A DNA stretch of 61,956 bases from an uncultured Candidatus Saccharibacteria bacterium (lineage in GTDB: Bacteria; Patescibacteriota; Minisyncoccia; Minisyncoccales; GWA2-38-27), in the NCBI GenBank assembly GCA_964394985.1, contig CAYMZK010000001.1:1-61956 (forward strand), written 5' to 3'. Shown one piece after another: positions 27,842 through 36,307 of the stretch; within the stretch, counting starts at the first letter, position 1, and each line of letters begins with the position of its first letter. Position numbers and translations under genes: made by a program. Under the pieces are notes generated by a model. That model ran no database searches, was not told where the DNA came from, and worked only from the letters and a program-made list of their open reading frames with translations.

Positions 27842-29581
27842 TTATCTCAATTGAGAAATTTTCGCTAAAGTCATTTTACCAACATAACCGGTCCCTCGAA
27901 TCAGATTTATCGGCGCTAAAATATCTTGAGCATATTTTTCTTGAAAACGAATTACCGCCGCTTTAGTCAAAGGACCGAAATAACCAGTTACTAATCCTTC
28001 AGGATAAATATCTGATCCTTGATTCTTTAAAAACTCTTGCAAGCATTCAACATCATTGCCCTTTAGACCCAATTTTAGATTTTTATCAAAAGAACAAGAA
28101 GATCTTACTGGTATTTTTGAATCTTCTTGAACCGGCATTCCCAAAGAAGCCAATTGATTGGTTAATTGACTTAAAAGATCCTTTATTTCCGCTATCTTAG
28201 CTTTTAGTTCGGTGCTGGTCATATCAGCTATTGGCTTATCTAGATATTTAGGATTAGTAACCACTTTGCTATCTTCTGGATCATCAACCACCGAAACAGA
28301 CCAAAAGTAAGAAATCGCTAATTCCGGAGAGATAAAGCCAAGAGTCTTGGTTTGAACAGAAGGAACTATAATTAAAGATTCGGCATTAGAAATTGTTACC
28401 TGTCCTCTTTGTCTCTCGTCTAGCTCTAAATAATCAATATAATAACCACCACTTTTTCGATTAACAATATACGGAACTCTAAAAATGTTATCCGGGTTAC
28501 CGATAAATTCTATTTTAACTGTTCCGTTGCCACCAATAAACTTGGTCCAATTTCCTTGCCAATTTTTAGCCGAAGAAGATACCCCTAAAGTGCTTCTAGT
28601 AGCTGGTAAGAAATTTAAATCTGGAGTAACCTTCATGCCCTCTAAATCAGGATTGTTAAAACAATACTTTTGACCAATTGAACAGTTGTTTAGCAAAACC
28701 GCTAAGGTCCAATCAGTAAAAACATCACTAAACTTTTGAGAGTAACCATTTTTCTCTAAAGCGTGATTTAAAGAATCAATGCCGCTTCCCTTGTAATGCA
28801 AAGAGTCAACTAAAACTTCAATGCCATAACGATCAACTAAATATTGAGTAAATAGATTCAAAGCTCCATAATCTTGAACCTTGCTATTCCATTCAGTCAA
28901 AGAATCCGAAGGATTTTTTAAAAAAATACCTACTCTACTTTTTAGATTGCTGGAATTAAAACTCTCATCATAACCAAGTAAAGTAGGGGCATATTCAGCT
29001 CTAGCTTCATTTAGCCAAACCTCTTCTTTGCTATCTAAAAGATTTTCTTTTTGATTAAAGGATATTAAGTGAACAAATTCATGAGCCAAAAAGCTTTTGG
29101 CTAAAGAACTGGTTACATAATCTGAATTTAAGTAAACCATTTCTTTCTGATTAGAAAGAGGACTTTGTAATTTGGAATATTGATCTCTCGGATTAAAATA
29201 ACCTCCGGAATTTTTCCCCATTGGGTGAACTAAAATAGCAATAGCATTATCGTTATCAATCCCCGGCTTAGCTTCATGGCCAAAAGTATCGGTTAATTTT
29301 GGGTAAATATGACTATCAAATTCTGACCCCAAGCTTCTTAAAGCTGACCTTACTCTATCTTTGTCAGTTAAAGATAGTCCATCCCACCAGTTTTCATCAA
29401 GATAAAACAAGGTTCTGTTGCTAGTAGCTTGCAAAACTCCAACTAGCTCATCTCTATTAATAACATCGTAGTCAGGGTCAATATTAAAAGTTCTTTTTTC
29501 CCCAATAGAAACAGCCGCAACAGAAAAGCCGACTGCTAAAAAAATTATTATTAAAAATATTAGATAAAAACGCTTCTTCAT
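27842..29581 (-). CDS. Secreted or membrane-anchored putative zinc metallopeptidase with a C-terminal peptidoglycan-binding domain
   Basis: N-terminal signal/anchor; HEFVH plus a downstream NEARAEY (gluzincin-like); C-terminal PG_binding_1-like LKGNDVECLQEFL...GYFGPLTKAAVIRFQ. Confidence 0.65.
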   Translation of the reverse strand: MKKRFYLIFLIIIFLAVGFSVAAVSIGEKRTFNIDPDYDVINRDELVGVLQATSNRTLFYLDENWWDGLSLTDKDRVRSALRSLGSEFDSHIYPKLTDTFGHEAKPGIDNDNAIAILVHPMGKNSGGYFNPRDQYSKLQSPLSNQKEMVYLNSDYVTSSLAKSFLAHEFVHLISFNQKENLLDSKEEVWLNEARAEYAPTLLGYDESFNSSNLKSRVGIFLKNPSDSLTEWNSKVQDYGALNLFTQYLVDRYGIEVLVDSLHYKGSGIDSLNHALEKNGYSQKFSDVFTDWTLAVLLNNCSIGQKYCFNNPDLEGMKVTPDLNFLPATRSTLGVSSSAKNWQGNWTKFIGGNGTVKIEFIGNPDNIFRVPYIVNRKSGGYYIDYLELDERQRGQVTISNAESLIIVPSVQTKTLGFISPELAISYFWSVSVVDDPEDSKVVTNPKYLDKPIADMTSTELKAKIAEIKDLLSQLTNQLASLGMPVQEDSKIPVRSSCSFDKNLKLGLKGNDVECLQEFLKNQGSDIYPEGLVTGYFGPLTKAAVIRFQEKYAQDILAPINLIRGTGYVGKMTLAKISQLR

Positions 29582-29665
29582 TAATTCAATTGTAACATAA
29601 TAAAAAAAATAACAAAAGATCCCTTTTATTTAAAACGTTTCAATCTCAAAAAAGTAACAAAGAGA

Positions 29666-31114
29666 TTAATAGTCAGCGAGGTGATTATAGTAAATCTTGT
29701 TTTCAGTGTCTTGAAAACGACTATTAATTAGAGCGTCGCGTATTTCAATAATTCCATCTTTAACTCTTTTTTCTGTTTCAAAATCAAGCTCTTTTTTTAT
29801 CTTGCTAAAGTCAACTTTGTAACTTCTTTTGTCTTCTACTCCTTCAATCGTCTCTATTTGAATATCAGGAATAGCCTCTTTGACCAATTCCCCCACCTCA
29901 GAGATAAGATAGTTTTCAGAATTATTACCAACATTAAAGACTTGATTGCCTACTTTTGAAATTGGGGATTCTAGGATCAAAATTATCGCTCTAGCAATAT
30001 CTTTGACATGAACTAAAGGACGCCATTGATCACCACCAAAAATAGTTAGCTTTCCTTCTTTAATAGCTTTTTTAGTCAAAGTATTGACTACTAAATCAAA
30101 TCTCATTCTTGGCGAAAGTCCATAGACAGTAGAAAATCTTAAAAGCGTAGGATTAAACTCTTTGTCCATTAGTTTGGTTAATTCTCTTTCCGCATATATT
30201 TTAGTCTCACCATAAAAATCTACTGGGAAGAGACTTCCTTTTTCTTGAACATGCTCTTTGTTGTCTTGCTGACCGTAAGTGCTACAAGTAGAAGCTTGAA
30301 TAAATCTCCTAATTCCTAGAGTCTTACAAAGACGAGCTAGATAAACAGCGCCAATATAGTTTGTAGTCAAAGCTTTATCTTTTTTAATCAAACAAGCCGG
30401 CTCACCAACAATAGCTGCTAAATTTACGACGGCGTCAATATCAGTTAAAGCTTTTGACATTAATTGAGAATCTAAAATATCTCCCCCAATAAGCTGAAAA
30501 TTTGGATGAGAATAAAGCACTTTTAGAGACTCGTCTCCAAACAATAATCTATCAACCACTTTTACCCTATATCCCTTATCCAAAAGCATTCTAACTAAAA
30601 CTGACCCAATATAACCCGCTCCTCCAGTAACTAAGATATTTTTAGGTCTGTAACCATTAACCTGGTTAGCTGTTAATGGTAAAACCTTATTTTCTTTAAC
30701 TTGAGAGGGCCTAGCCTTGATAATTTGCCAATAAATTCTTTTAGAAAACCTTAATCCACTCGTTAAGAAAAATAATAAGATGGTATAAAGAAAAATTATT
30801 GATCTTGGAAATTCTATAAACCAGCTACTGCTTCTACTTACATACATTATTGTGGCTAAAAAAAGACCAGAGACTAAAGATCCTTTTATTATTGAAGGAA
30901 CGTCAGTTAAGCTAACAAAAACCCAAGACTTTTTATACAAATTAAAAAGATAAAAAACAGCCGGAGTTGTTATGACAGCAAGAATACTAAAAGCATAAAA
31001 GTTGTTCAACTTGTAGGCCGGAAGAATTCCATCAAATCTTAAAAGAAAAGCTAAATAACTAGCTAAAGCAATTAAAATAACATCTATTATTAAAAATAAT
31101 AACTTTTTAGACAT
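29666..31114 (-). CDS. Membrane-anchored extended-SDR NAD-dependent sugar epimerase/dehydratase
   Basis: About 4 N-terminal TMs, then VTGGAGYIGS and YGETK (YxxxK). Confidence 0.8.
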   Translation of the reverse strand: MSKKLLFLIIDVILIALASYLAFLLRFDGILPAYKLNNFYAFSILAVITTPAVFYLFNLYKKSWVFVSLTDVPSIIKGSLVSGLFLATIMYVSRSSSWFIEFPRSIIFLYTILLFFLTSGLRFSKRIYWQIIKARPSQVKENKVLPLTANQVNGYRPKNILVTGGAGYIGSVLVRMLLDKGYRVKVVDRLLFGDESLKVLYSHPNFQLIGGDILDSQLMSKALTDIDAVVNLAAIVGEPACLIKKDKALTTNYIGAVYLARLCKTLGIRRFIQASTCSTYGQQDNKEHVQEKGSLFPVDFYGETKIYAERELTKLMDKEFNPTLLRFSTVYGLSPRMRFDLVVNTLTKKAIKEGKLTIFGGDQWRPLVHVKDIARAIILILESPISKVGNQVFNVGNNSENYLISEVGELVKEAIPDIQIETIEGVEDKRSYKVDFSKIKKELDFETEKRVKDGIIEIRDALINSRFQDTENKIYYNHLADY

Positions 31115-32195
31115 AAAACTCTTTAATGCTTTGGATGATATGCTCTAATTGCCCATCAGTCAAATCAGGATATAAAGGAAGGGTTAAAGTTTCAGAAGCT
31201 ATTTTCTCGGTTTCCGGCAAATTAATATCATATCCTAAAACTTCTTTGTAGTAGTAACTTTGATGAATCGGCGGAAAGCTAATCCTATTACCAATCCCCT
31301 TTTTGTTTAAATAATCTTTTAACTCATCTCTTCTTTTGGTTCTAATATGAATTTCTTGAAAAACGTGAAACATTTCTTCCGGAAAATGAGGAATAAAAAT
31401 ATCTCCTACCCCTTCTAATCCTTGCCTATACCTTTCGGCCTTCTCTCTTCTAATTTTAATTAAATCATCTACTCTTTCCAATTGAGAAATTCCCAAACCA
31501 GCTAAACAGTCAGCCATTCTAAAGTTATAGCCCAATGAAAGATATTTCATTTCTGGCTCTTTTCTGCCGTGAGACCTAATCAATTTCATTTTTTCATAAA
31601 GATCTTTAGAGTTAGTGCAAATACAACCACCCTCTCCAGTGGTAAATACTTTAGTCTGGCAAAAACTAAACATAGAAGCAATACCAAAGGTCCCAGCCTT
31701 TTGTTTGTATTTAGCTCCAAAAGACTCGGCCGAATCTTCAATTAGATAAATTCCTTTTTCTCGAGCCAAATCTCTTAGCTTCTCAATATCTTTGGCTACC
31801 GCACCACCATAATGCATCGGCATTATTGCCTTAGTCTTATCGGTAATTTTTCTTTTAACATCTTCTGCGTCTAATCCATAAGTAATATCTTCGATGTCAG
31901 CAAAAACTGGCTTAGCTCCAACAAACTTGACAGCATTAGCGGTAGCAATAAAGCTGAAAGAGGGAACAATTACTTCGTCGCCTTTACCAATATCAAGAGC
32001 AATTAGCAAAGCATGAAGAGCCGATGTGCCAGAATTAAAAACCAAAGTATAATCTACTCCAATATATTGAGAAATCTTTTTTTCAAATTCTTCAATTTTA
32101 GGACCACAAGCCCAATTCATTCCTCTTTTTAGGGCAGAGCTTACCGCTTCAATATCTTTCTCGTTCCAATTAATTTTAAATAAAGGTATGTTCAT
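31107..32195 (-). CDS. DegT/DnrJ/EryC1/StrS family PLP-dependent sugar aminotransferase
   Basis: Family-typical layout, with FSFCQTKVFTTGEGG carrying the PLP lysine. Confidence 0.88.
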   Translation of the reverse strand: MNIPLFKINWNEKDIEAVSSALKRGMNWACGPKIEEFEKKISQYIGVDYTLVFNSGTSALHALLIALDIGKGDEVIVPSFSFIATANAVKFVGAKPVFADIEDITYGLDAEDVKRKITDKTKAIMPMHYGGAVAKDIEKLRDLAREKGIYLIEDSAESFGAKYKQKAGTFGIASMFSFCQTKVFTTGEGGCICTNSKDLYEKMKLIRSHGRKEPEMKYLSLGYNFRMADCLAGLGISQLERVDDLIKIRREKAERYRQGLEGVGDIFIPHFPEEMFHVFQEIHIRTKRRDELKDYLNKKGIGNRISFPPIHQSYYYKEVLGYDINLPETEKIASETLTLPLYPDLTDGQLEHIIQSIKEFYV

Positions 32196-32572
32196 TTTAT
32201 TTTAACCGGTATTCCATAAGCAGTAACATTATCTGGAACATCTTTATTAACAAAACTAAAAGCGCCTATAATAGCATTTTGACCAATAATTACTCCAGGC
32301 ATAATTACTGAATGTGATCCAATTCGACAATTTTTCTTCAAGATTACTTTCCCCTCTTTATTATCAATAGTAGAAGCAGAATAAATAGAACAATGAGACC
32401 CAATTTGAACTTCTTCTTCTATTTCTATACCGTTTTTAGCGTTTAAATAACTAAAGGCTCCGATATCAGTATTTTTACCAAGCTTTAAATTTTCTTTATG
32501 CCTAACAATCCAACCGTACTTAGTTGGTTTTCCTTCTTCTATTTCTGGATATTGCCAATTAGTAAATCTCAT
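32192..32572 (-). CDS. Hexapeptide-repeat (left-handed beta-helix) acetyltransferase
   Basis: Repeated [LIV]G hexapeptides (IGSHCSI, IGSHSVI, IGQNAII, IGAFSFV). Confidence 0.8.
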   Translation of the reverse strand: MRFTNWQYPEIEEGKPTKYGWIVRHKENLKLGKNTDIGAFSYLNAKNGIEIEEEVQIGSHCSIYSASTIDNKEGKVILKKNCRIGSHSVIMPGVIIGQNAIIGAFSFVNKDVPDNVTAYGIPVKIK

Positions 32573-32573
32573 A

Positions 32574-33134
32574 TTAAAATCCTCTTCCTGATACTACCAA
32601 AAATATGGATTTTAGTAAAATTTTAGCGTCAAGAAAAAGATTATTATTATTAATATATTCTAAATCTAATTTTAATAGTTCTTCCTCTGAAAGAGAAACC
32701 CCCCCACTAACAGCCGCCAAAGAAGTTAACCCTGGCTTTACTTTTAATCTTTCTTTTAATTTAGGATCATTATCTATTCTTGCTATATAGTAGGCGCGAG
32801 GACCAACAAAACTCATTTCTCCTTTTAAAATATTAATCAATTGAGGTAACTCGTCTAGGGCGTATTTTCTCAAAAAACGACTAAATTTATTTACCCTCGG
32901 GTCTTTCTTTGATTTTTCAAACTCTCTTAACTCTTCAATGCTATAGTTTTCCAAATCAGGTTTCATGGTTCTAAACTTTAAAACCTGAAAAATCCTTCCA
33001 TCTTTACCGTATCTTTTTTGTTTAAAAAAAACTGGTCCGGAAAATTTAATAATTATTGCCAAAATCAAAAACAAAGGACTCAAAATAATCAACCCCAGTA
33101 AAGCTAAGATAAAATCTAGCAATCTTTTAACCAT
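32574..33134 (-). CDS. Small PglC-type phosphoglycosyl transferase (bacterial sugar transferase family)
   Basis: KRLLDFILALLGLIILSP re-entrant helix, FFKQKRYGKDGRIFQVLKFRTM, DELPQLINILKGEMSFVGPR. Confidence 0.88.
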   Translation of the reverse strand: MVKRLLDFILALLGLIILSPLFLILAIIIKFSGPVFFKQKRYGKDGRIFQVLKFRTMKPDLENYSIEELREFEKSKKDPRVNKFSRFLRKYALDELPQLINILKGEMSFVGPRAYYIARIDNDPKLKERLKVKPGLTSLAAVSGGVSLSEEELLKLDLEYINNNNLFLDAKILLKSIFLVVSGRGF

Positions 33135-33210
33135 TTCTATATTTTGCTACAAAATAAGATAAATTTCAAGAGAACTCACCGATGCCATCAAAATATTTTT
33201 TATCAATTTA

Positions 33211-33255
33211 TATAAAACTTCCAGTTAATACATATGTTCCAAATAAACGTAAATA
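33211..33255. repeat. Conserved intergenic motif, copy 1 (upstream of the PglC-type gene)
   Basis: TATAAAACTTCCAGTTAATACATATGTTCCAAATAAACGTAAATA, with 2 mismatches to copy 2 over 45 nt. The core palindrome is ACATATGT. Confidence 0.85.
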
Positions 33256-33278
33256 ATATTTCTACGCAATTGAGGAGG

Positions 33279-33857
33279 TTATAAATTAAATTTTCTTTTT
33301 ATTTTTTTGTCATTTCCTACATCCGAAGAAATAACTAGTCTTATCTCTTTGTCGCTCAACCCCAAGAAATCCTTTAAAAGATTAATTTCATCTTTACAAT
33401 TATAAGGAGTTATCCAAACGCTTTTTTGTAATTGATAAAATCCTAATTCTTTTAATTTGCCCCTAAAAACATTTCTGTATAATCCCTTTAAGTTTGGAAT
33501 GTCAAAAAACACTATTCTCCATTTTTTATCCCATTTTTTAGGCTTACTTATTTTTAATTCGTCTATCTGCATCCAATTCGCCATAATTTTTCCTTCTTTT
33601 GTAAGTTTTATGTATATTTGATTTTTATGTTTTTCTATCCCAATAACCCCTTTTTTTCTTAACCTGTAAAAAGTATCATAAACATTTTTATTTTTATACT
33701 TCTTACTGCTTCGTTTTTTAAATTCCTTTGATAAATTTAAAACAACGTTCGGGGAATTTAAAGAGACATAAATCGCAGTTGAGGCCAGTATCCACTTTAA
33801 AATATCTTTTGTAATTTCTCCTCTTGGTTTCTTAAAATAATATTTATATTTGCTCAT
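33279..33857 (-). CDS. PaaX-like regulator (winged HTH plus Cas2-like/PaaX_C-like domain)
   Basis: N-terminal TM-like segment, YDTFYRLRKKGVIGIE (wHTH), and WDKKWRIVFFDIPNLKGLYRNVFRGKLKELGFYQLQKSVWITPY. Confidence 0.65.
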   Translation of the reverse strand: MSKYKYYFKKPRGEITKDILKWILASTAIYVSLNSPNVVLNLSKEFKKRSSKKYKNKNVYDTFYRLRKKGVIGIEKHKNQIYIKLTKEGKIMANWMQIDELKISKPKKWDKKWRIVFFDIPNLKGLYRNVFRGKLKELGFYQLQKSVWITPYNCKDEINLLKDFLGLSDKEIRLVISSDVGNDKKIKRKFNL

Positions 33858-33889
33858 ATTTCACATTCTTATTATATTATATTGTATCA

Positions 33890-33934
33890 TATAAAACTTC
33901 CAGTTAACACATATGTTTCAAATAAACGTAAATA
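33890..33934. repeat. Conserved intergenic motif, copy 2 (upstream of the PaaX-like gene)
   Basis: TATAAAACTTCCAGTTAACACATATGTTTCAAATAAACGTAAATA. Confidence 0.85.
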
Positions 33935-33951
33935 TAATAACAAGATAGGAA

Positions 33952-34016
33952 GATAATTGAATCAAGATAATTATTGAATCAAGATAATAATTGAATCAAG
34001 ATAACAATTGAATCAA
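33952..34016. repeat. Iteron-like tandem array, four units of GATAA(N0-3)ATTGAATCAA
   Basis: Units lie at 33952-33965 (14 nt), 33966-33982, 33983-33999 and 34000-34016 (17 nt each), each with the inverted repeat TTGA-A-TCAA. Degenerate copies flank the array, and the last unit overlaps the stop codon of the upstream glycosyltransferase. Confidence 0.85.
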
Positions 34017-36307
34017 GAGAATTTTTGATTAATTAGTCTTTGATACTCTCTTTTCATTCTTCCAAAAACAATTTCTTTATTAAATTCTTTTAAAACTTTC
34101 TTTCTGCCATTCTTCCCCATTCTCTTGGCTTTATCCGGATTCTTTAAGATATAGATAATAGCTTTGGCTAACTCCCCCACATCCTTTAAAGGAATTAAAA
34201 TTCCTGTCTTGTTATTTTCTACAGTTTCCGGACAACCACCAATATTACTAACCACTACCGGTATCTCCATAGCTGAAGCTTCTAAGGTTACTGCTCCTAA
34301 TCCCTCTCTATGAGTTGGCAAGACAAAAACATCCATTAGAGGATAAATCTCATTAACATCTGAACGTTCGCCCAAGAATAAAATATTTTCTGAAATTCCT
34401 AGATCTTTGGCGATCTTCGGACTAATCCTGTTTTTTTTCTCTGGCTCTTCTGGACCAATGATGATTAATAAGGAGTTAGGAATTTCTTTTAAAATCATGG
34501 GTAGGGCTTCAAATAATTCGTAGAATCCTTTATCTTCCACTAACCTGGCGACAATACCAATAATCTTTTTATTCCGATCGATGCCCAATTCTTTCTTCTT
34601 GTTCAAAATATCTTCTTTACTAAACTTCTTGGGGTCAAATCTATCGGTATTGATATCTCTACCTAAATATCTAATTTGTTCTGGTCGGGCTACTTTTTTA
34701 TTAATAGCAATGTTAGTTACCGAAGCACTAATAGAAAAAATTAAATCTGAACAGTATCCAGCAATTCTTTGCAAGAAAAGAAAAAATCTTTGCCTCAAAG
34801 AAATCTTGCCCTGACTAAAATTAAAACCATGAATAGTATTAATAATAATTGGTATTCTAGCCAATTTAGCGGCTATTTGGCCCAAAATCTCCGGTTTCAA
34901 AGTATGAGTATGGACAATGTCAAATTTCTCTTTACAAAGATAAAAATAGAGTTTAAAGAAGGCAATTAAATCATATAACGGACTTACTCTTCTTTTTAGA
35001 GTAATGGTCTTGACCGGTATTCCTTGATCTTCAATTTCTTTAACTCTTTTGCCTGGAGAACAAATCGCTGAAACCAAATAACCTTCTTTTTGCAAAAACT
35101 TTAATTTATCATTAATCATAAACTTAAGAGTAATATCTGAACTAGCAATGTGACAAATCCTAATTTTAGAAAACTTATCATACTCTTCTTTAATTCTTGA
35201 AAAAACTAACTTTTCGTTAAAATTCTCTTCTATTCTCTTTCTACCTTTAGTCCCAAATTGTTTAACGGAATCATGAGTTAAAAAATAAATTAGTTTTTCA
35301 GTTAAAGCGTCAGCATTTTTTGGTGGTATTAAAGCTCCTGTTTCATTATCTACTACCGAATCAGGAACTCCCCCTACCTCACTAGCAATAACTGGAACTT
35401 CCATAGCCAAAGCTTCTAAAACTGAAACCGCTACCCCCTCTCTATATGAAGGCAAAACAAAAACATCCATTAGAGGATAAAGCTCTTCGACATCAGTTCT
35501 TTCTCCTAAATAGCAAACATTTTTTTCTATACCAAAACTTTTAAAGATAGTTGATGGATCAATTCTATCTTTCTTTTTGGGTTCCTTGGGACCAATTATC
35601 AAAAGCAAAGTATTGGGATATTCTTTTAAGATTCTACTAAAAGCTTCAAATAGTTCATAATATCCTTTATCTCTTACTAAGCGAGCGTTAATCCCAATAA
35701 TTTTTTTATTCGGATCAATACCAAGCTCTCTTTTTTTAACTAAAACATCCTCTTTGCTAAACTTTCTAGGATCAAACCTATCTAAGTCAACCCACCAACC
35801 CATATATTTTATTTTCTCCGGAGAACAAATTTTTTCTTCAATTGCTGTTTTAATATCTGGTTTGGCTACCGAAAAAACTAAATTAGAAAATTTAGCCGTA
35901 ATTTTTTCAATTAAGATAAAGAAGTTTCTTTTAAGCCAATGGGAATCTTTTTGAAAGTAAAAGCCAAGATTAGAATGAATTACTACCGGCACTCCAGCCA
36001 ATCTAGCTGATAGTACCCCCAGTAGTCCTGCCTTGGGAGTACTAGTGTGAACAATATCAAACTTTTCTTTACGAAGATAAGAATATAACTTAAATAGAGT
36101 AATTAAATCTGAAAAGGGACTAATCTTTCTTTTCATAGTAATTTGTTTAACTGGTATCCCCTCTTTTTCAATTTCATCTATCCATTTTCCTGGAGAACAA
36201 ACTGCTGAAACTGAATAACCTTCTTCTTGTAGATTTTTAATTTGATCTAATAAAAGAAATCTTATAGCAAAAGGAATAGTAGTGATCTGACAAACTCTTT
36301 TTTTCAT
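34013..36307 (-). CDS. Tandem double GT4 glycosyltransferase (two complete GT-B modules fused)
   Basis: Residues ~1-385 and ~386-764 are clearly paralogous (e.g. KFDIVHTSTPKAGLLG vs KFDIVHTHTLKPEILG, and MDVFVLPSYREG vs MDVFVLPTHREG). Confidence 0.85.
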   Translation of the reverse strand: MKKRVCQITTIPFAIRFLLLDQIKNLQEEGYSVSAVCSPGKWIDEIEKEGIPVKQITMKRKISPFSDLITLFKLYSYLRKEKFDIVHTSTPKAGLLGVLSARLAGVPVVIHSNLGFYFQKDSHWLKRNFFILIEKITAKFSNLVFSVAKPDIKTAIEEKICSPEKIKYMGWWVDLDRFDPRKFSKEDVLVKKRELGIDPNKKIIGINARLVRDKGYYELFEAFSRILKEYPNTLLLIIGPKEPKKKDRIDPSTIFKSFGIEKNVCYLGERTDVEELYPLMDVFVLPSYREGVAVSVLEALAMEVPVIASEVGGVPDSVVDNETGALIPPKNADALTEKLIYFLTHDSVKQFGTKGRKRIEENFNEKLVFSRIKEEYDKFSKIRICHIASSDITLKFMINDKLKFLQKEGYLVSAICSPGKRVKEIEDQGIPVKTITLKRRVSPLYDLIAFFKLYFYLCKEKFDIVHTHTLKPEILGQIAAKLARIPIIINTIHGFNFSQGKISLRQRFFLFLQRIAGYCSDLIFSISASVTNIAINKKVARPEQIRYLGRDINTDRFDPKKFSKEDILNKKKELGIDRNKKIIGIVARLVEDKGFYELFEALPMILKEIPNSLLIIIGPEEPEKKNRISPKIAKDLGISENILFLGERSDVNEIYPLMDVFVLPTHREGLGAVTLEASAMEIPVVVSNIGGCPETVENNKTGILIPLKDVGELAKAIIYILKNPDKAKRMGKNGRKKVLKEFNKEIVFGRMKREYQRLINQKFS

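Noticed and set aside
33952-34016. Possible CRISPR array
   Set aside because: The units are 14-17 nt and directly abutting with no spacers, and no cas genes are present. It is a simple tandem or iteron-like repeat.
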